DNA of 32,000 nucleotides from Mycobacterium tuberculosis H37Rv (GTDB lineage Bacteria; Actinomycetota; Actinomycetes; Mycobacteriales; Mycobacteriaceae): NCBI RefSeq assembly GCF_000195955.2, contig NC_000962.3, positions 2,850,001 to 2,882,000 of the forward strand, read 5' to 3'. Shown piece by piece: positions 27,831 to 32,000 of this stretch (position 1 is its first letter; each line of letters starts with the position of its first letter). The notes under the pieces were generated by a model. It saw only the letters and a program-made list of their open reading frames with translations, ran no database searches and was not told where the DNA came from. The position numbers and the translations under genes were made by a program.

Positions 27831-28541
27831 TTGCCAGGCTCAGCCGGTTGGAGGAAGGTATTTGGTGGGACCGGTGGCGCCACCGGGGCGCTGCCCCGAC
27901 ACGGGAGGGGGTCGATCGTGTACGCACGCTCAACCACCATTGAGGCGCAACCTCTGTCGGTCGACATTGGAATCGCGCATGTTCGTGACGTCGTCATGCC
28001 CGCTTTGCAGGAGATCGACGGGTGTGTCGGGGTGTCGCTGTTGGTCGACCGGCAATCCGGCCGGTGCATCGCCACCAGCGCCTGGGAGACCTTGGAGGCG
28101 ATGCGCGCCAGCGTCGAGCGGGTGGCACCCATCCGCGACCGCGCCGCGCTGATGTTCGCCGGTAGTGCCCGGGTCGAGGAATGGGACATCGCCCTGTTGC
28201 ACCGCGACCACCCGTCGCATGAGGGGGCATGCGTGCGCGCCACCTGGCTCAAAGTGGTGCCAGACCAGCTCGGTCGGTCCCTGGAGTTCTACCGCACGTC
28301 CGTACTTCCCGAGCTGGAGAGTCTGGACGGGTTCTGCAGCGCCAGCCTGATGGTCGACCACCCCGCTTGCCGGCGTGCGGTGTCGTGCTCGACGTTCGAC
28401 AGCATGGACGCGATGGCCCGCAACCGCGACCGGGCGAGCGAGCTGCGCAGCAGGCGCGTCCGGGAATTGGGAGCCGAGGTCCTCGACGTCGCCGAATTCG
28501 AACTGGCGATCGCACATCTACGGGTACCCGAGCTGGTCTGA
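27831..28541 (+). CDS. paralogue of the preceding gene, Rv2558-like
   Basis: 236 aa (TTG start; alternative GTG 27918). Same two-domain layout and the same C-terminus, EFELA(L/I)AHLRVPELV. Confidence 0.8.
27871..27897 (+). promoter_or_regulatory. conserved leader element, copy 2
   Basis: Identical palindrome and hairpin upstream of the second paralogue. Confidence 0.4.
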
Positions 28542-28570
28542 GCGGACCTGCTTCCCGCAGAGCGCAGCGG

Positions 28571-29929
28571 TCACCCCCGTTTCTTGCGGATGATTGCCCG
28601 CAGGCGGTCCAGGCGGCCGGCGATCTCGCGTTCGCCGCCGCGACCAGTGGGCCGGTAGTAGTCCACGTCCACCAACTCGTCGGGCGGGTATTGCTGGGCC
28701 ACAACGCCATCCGGGTCGTCATGGGAATATTTGTAGCCCTGTGCATTGCCCAGCGCCGCCGCCCCGGAGTAATGCCCGTCACGCAGATGAGCCGGCACCA
28801 GACCGGCCTTGCCGGCCTTGATGTCGTTCATCGCCGCGGCCAACGCCGTGGTGACGGCGTTTGACTTCGGTGCGGTGGCCAGGTGGATGGTGGCGTGCGC
28901 CAGCGTCAGCTGGGCTTCGGGCATGCCGATCAGCGCCACCGTCTGTGCGGCGGCGACCGCCACCTGCAGCGCGCTCGGGCCGGCCATGCCGATGTCCTCG
29001 CTGGCCAGAATCATCAGCCGGCGGGCGATGAACCGCGGGTCCTCCCCGGCGACCAGCATGCGGGCCAAATAGTGCAGCGCGGCATCGACGTCGGAACCGC
29101 GCACCGATTTGATGAAGGCGCTGACGACGTCGTAGTGCTGGTCGCCGTCACGGTCGTAGCGCACCGCGGCTTTGTCCACCGACCGCTCGATGGTTTGCAC
29201 GCTGACCAGCTCGCCGGCCGCCTGGGCTGCCTCGGCCGCTACTTCCAGCGCGGTCAGGGCGCGCCGGGCGTCGCCGGCCGCGAGTTGCACCAGCAGGTCG
29301 ACGGCCTCAGGCGCTACCGCGACTGCCCTGCCCAGGCCGCGGGGGTCATCGATCGCGCGTTGTACTACCGCGCGGGTGTCCTCGGCCGTCAGCGGCCGCA
29401 GCTGCAGGATCAGCGACCGCGACAGCAGCGGTGCCACCACCGAAAACGACGGGTTCTCGGTGGTCGCCGCCACCAACAGCACCACCCGGTGTTCCACCGC
29501 CGACAGCAGGGCGTCTTGTTGGGTCTTGGAAAATCGGTGCACCTCGTCGATGAACAGCACGGTCTGCTCGCCGTGAAGCAGCGCTTTTCGCGAATTCTCG
29601 ATGACCGCCCGCACTTCCTTGACGCCGGCCGACAATGCCGACAGGGCCTCGAACCGGCGGCCGGTGGCCTGCGAGATCAACGCCGCCAGCGTTGTCTTGC
29701 CGCTGCCCGGGGGACCGTAGAGGATCACCGACGCCACCCCCGAGCCCTCGACCAGCCGGCGCAACGGCGAACCGGGCGCCAGCAAGTGGTCCTGGCCGAC
29801 CACTTCGTCCAGCGACGCCGGACGCATCCGCACCGCCAGCGGTGCCCCGGCCGAAGCGCCCAGGTCATGGCCGGACGTCATCGGTACGCCGGGCACGTCA
29901 AACAGACCGTCGGACACGGCTTCAGGCAT
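28571..29929 (-). CDS. rarA: RarA/MgsA AAA+ replication-associated recombination protein
   Basis: 452 aa from ATG 29929. Walker [12 protein letters not shown] and Walker [11 protein letters not shown], followed by the MgsA C-terminal region. Confidence 0.9.
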
Positions 29930-29994
29930 ACCACGCCCACCTGACGACGCGAACGTTCGCCGAAGACGCCACACGAATAATCCGCGCGCCTTCG

Positions 29995-30026
29995 GCAAAT
30001 ATTTGCTAAGTTCCGGTTTGCTTAGC
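29995..30026. promoter_or_regulatory. 12-bp perfect palindrome GCAAATATTTGC (29995-30006) abutting hairpin GCTAAG-n10-CTTAGC (30005-30026) in the divergent rarA / membrane-protein promoter region
   Basis: Read directly. A further 10-bp palindrome, CGAACGTTCG, lies about 45 nt to the left. Confidence 0.3.
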
Positions 30027-30074
30027 GTCGCGCGGGTACCGATAAAAGCGAACTACGAAGCGATTGGGACAGCG

Positions 30075-31052
30075 ATGAGCCAGCCGCCAGAACATCCAGG
30101 CAATCCGGCCGACCCCCAGGGCGGCAATCAGGGCGCTGGAAGCTACCCGCCGCCCGGCTACGGAGCGCCTCCCCCGCCACCAGGCTACGGCCCACCCCCG
30201 GGGACCTACCTGCCTCCCGGCTACAACGCACCCCCGCCGCCCCCCGGCTATGGCCCACCGCCGGGCCCGCCGCCTCCCGGTTACCCGACGCATCTGCAAT
30301 CGTCGGGTTTTAGCGTGGGCGACGCGATCAGTTGGTCATGGAATAGGTTCACGCAGAACGCCGTAACGCTCGTCGTCCCGGTGCTCGCCTACGCTGTGGC
30401 GTTGGCCGCGGTCATCGGCGCGACGGCCGGGCTCGTTGTCGCCCTATCGGACCGTGCTACTACCGCATACACCAACACCTCCGGCGTCTCTAGCGAATCC
30501 GTGGACATCACGATGACCCCGGCCGCGGGCATAGTCATGTTCCTCGGCTACATCGCTCTATTCGCCCTGGTGCTCTACATGCACGCCGGAATTCTGACCG
30601 GCTGCCTTGACATTGCCGACGGAAAGCCGGTGACCATCGCGACGTTCTTTAGGCCGCGCAATCTGGGCCTGGTGCTGGTCACCGGACTGCTGATCGTCGC
30701 CGTCACCTTCATTGGTGGCCTGCTCTGTGTCATTCCCGGCCTGATCTTTGGCTTCGTCGCCCAGTTCGCCGTCGCTTTTGCCGTCGACCGTTCCACTTCG
30801 CCGATCGACTCGGTAAAGGCCAGCATCGAGACGGTCGGGTCCAACATCGGTGGCAGTGTGCTGTCGTGGCTCGCTCAGCTCACGGCGGTGCTCGTCGGCG
30901 AACTGCTGTGCTTTGTCGGCATGCTGATCGGCATTCCGGTCGCCGCGCTCATCCACGTCTACACCTACCGGAAGCTGTCGGGTGGCCAAGTCGTTGAGGC
31001 AGTCCGGCCAGCGCCCCCGGTCGGCTGGCCGCCCGGCCCCCAGCTCGCATAG
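30075..31052 (+). CDS. Pro/Gly/Tyr-rich N-terminus + multi-pass membrane protein (Rv2560-like)
   Basis: 325 aa from ATG 30075. Five PPGY repeats fall in the first ~75 residues, followed by 4-5 hydrophobic segments. Confidence 0.8.
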   Translation: MSQPPEHPGNPADPQGGNQGAGSYPPPGYGAPPPPPGYGPPPGTYLPPGYNAPPPPPGYGPPPGPPPPGYPTHLQSSGFSVGDAISWSWNRFTQNAVTLVVPVLAYAVALAAVIGATAGLVVALSDRATTAYTNTSGVSSESVDITMTPAAGIVMFLGYIALFALVLYMHAGILTGCLDIADGKPVTIATFFRPRNLGLVLVTGLLIVAVTFIGGLLCVIPGLIFGFVAQFAVAFAVDRSTSPIDSVKASIETVGSNIGGSVLSWLAQLTAVLVGELLCFVGMLIGIPVAALIHVYTYRKLSGGQVVEAVRPAPPVGWPPGPQLA

Positions 31053-31408
31053 TCGGCACCCGCCGACGCCGGCTGGCCGTCTTGGCCCGCTGGATTTGTC
31101 ACGCGCTCACCCGAATTGGCATCCGGGGCCTGGAACGCGTTAGGGCAGTGGCTTTCCCACAGGTTGACGTAAATGACCTCCAAGATAGGTATCGAACCAA
31201 GGTTGCGGCCGATGTGTACGTAGTTCGAGAGTTCGCTGATCTGATCACTCGCGTGGTCGATGCAGTCGACGGAACCGGCAGCCGCCACCCAAGGGTGCGC
31301 AGGTGGTTAGCAAATCGCCGACGAACACGACGCCACCGCGTCATGCGCCATCGCCGACCCCGCCTTGGTGGCTGAGAGCCGCTCGCCGGCGTTAAGCTGC
31401 CCAACATC

Positions 31409-32000
31409 ATGGGCATTCAACGCGCCGTTCTCCTCATTGCCGACATCGGCGGATACACAAATTACATGCACTGGAACCGCAAGCACCTGGCCCACGCGCA
31501 GTGGACGGTGGCACAGTTGCTGGAGTCCGTCATCGACGCTGCCAAGGGCATGAAGTTGGCGAAGCTGGAGGGCGACGCCGCGTTTTTTTGGGCACCAGGG
31601 GGGCAACACCAGTGTCCTGGTATGCGACCGGCCCCCGCAGATGCGCCAGAGGTTCCGCACGCGGCGCGAGCAGATCAAAAAAGACCATCCCTGCGACTGT
31701 AAGAGTTGCGAGCAGCGGGACAACCTGTCGATCAAATTCGTCGCCCATGAGGGCGAAGTGGCCGAACAAAAGGTGAAGCGCAACGTCGAACTCGCTGGCG
31801 TTGATGTCATCCTGGTGCACCGCATGCTGAAAAATGAGGTGCCAGTGTCGGAATATCTATTCATGACCGACGTCGTAGCGCAGTGCCTCGACGAGTCGGT
31901 GCGAAAACTAGCGACGCCGCTGACACATGACTTCGAGGGCATCGGAGAAACGTCGACACACTACATCGACCTCGCCACGTCCGACATGCCGCCGGCGGTG
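31409..32000 (+). pseudogene. nucleotidyl-cyclase-like (DUF2652-type) gene split by a +1 frameshift (Rv2561/Rv2562-like); 3' end beyond window
   Basis: Frame 1 is the ORF 31409-31702: [20 protein letters not shown]...[14 protein letters not shown], then junk. Frame 2 is open from before 31583 to the window end: ...[58 protein letters not shown]... The frames meet at the T7 (31583-31589) / G6 (31598-31603) runs. Confidence 0.75.

Larger units (their letters stand above)
27030..28541 (+). repeat. tandem duplication of a ~715-bp unit (period 795 bp) including ~95 nt of 5' leader
   Basis: Homology begins near ggattgcc (27028) and gcattgcc (27828) and ends at both stop codons. The spacer 27747-27827 is unique. 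Confidence 0.85.

Noticed and set aside
30006-30299. Minus-strand ORFs (97 and 78 aa) opposite the Pro-rich head of the membrane protein.
   Set aside because: The antisense of CCN/GGN repeats gives Gly/Arg/Trp-rich open frames automatically. There is no independent support.

Overview
This is a high-GC (~65%) actinobacterial chromosome segment. From protein sequences and gene order, recalled from memory with no database access, I recognise it as Mycobacterium tuberculosis complex (H37Rv-like), locus Rv2525c to Rv2562.

Backbone: two minus-strand housekeeping blocks.
- alaS-ruvX-mltG-aroE-(A24 peptidase) at 20775-26485.
- aroC-aroK-aroB-aroQ plus pepQ-efp-nusB-(membrane ORF) at 7853-14412. Many genes here are joined by ATGA stop/start overlaps.

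Accessory blocks between and beside them:
- A, 1091-4907: vapBC17, mrr, a hidden AbrB-like relic, an ERCC4 nuclease with an Lsr2-like DNA-binding tail, and vapBC39. A large Orn/Lys/Arg-type decarboxylase follows.
- B, 14427-20775: a small YxxxD helical ORF, a WxG-headed DUF1023-type alpha/beta-hydrolase gene broken in two places, the tandem lipoprotein genes lppA/lppB, vapBC18, vapBC19, a coiled-coil ORF and vapBC20.
- C, 26576-28541: a YjbQ-like gene and the tandem paralogues Rv2557/Rv2558.
- D, 30075-32000: a Pro/Gly-rich membrane protein and a frameshifted cyclase-like gene (Rv2561/Rv2562).

I recognised no rRNA, tRNA, CRISPR array, IS element or MIRU repeat.

Best candidates for undescribed biology:
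1. The helper/hydrolase/lipoprotein cassette reads like a decayed type VII-style effector-immunity module.
2. The ERCC4 + Lsr2-tail nuclease sits beside mrr and may be an anti-foreign-DNA device.
3. vapB18 carries an in-frame amber codon that removes its toxin-binding tail.
4. All five vapB genes and the coiled-coil ORF have a TANNNT hexamer exactly 6 nt before the start codon, the signature of leaderless transcripts. This relocates two annotated starts.

Everything rests on reading the sequence and the ORF track. Homology statements come from memory of families and need HMM or structure searches.
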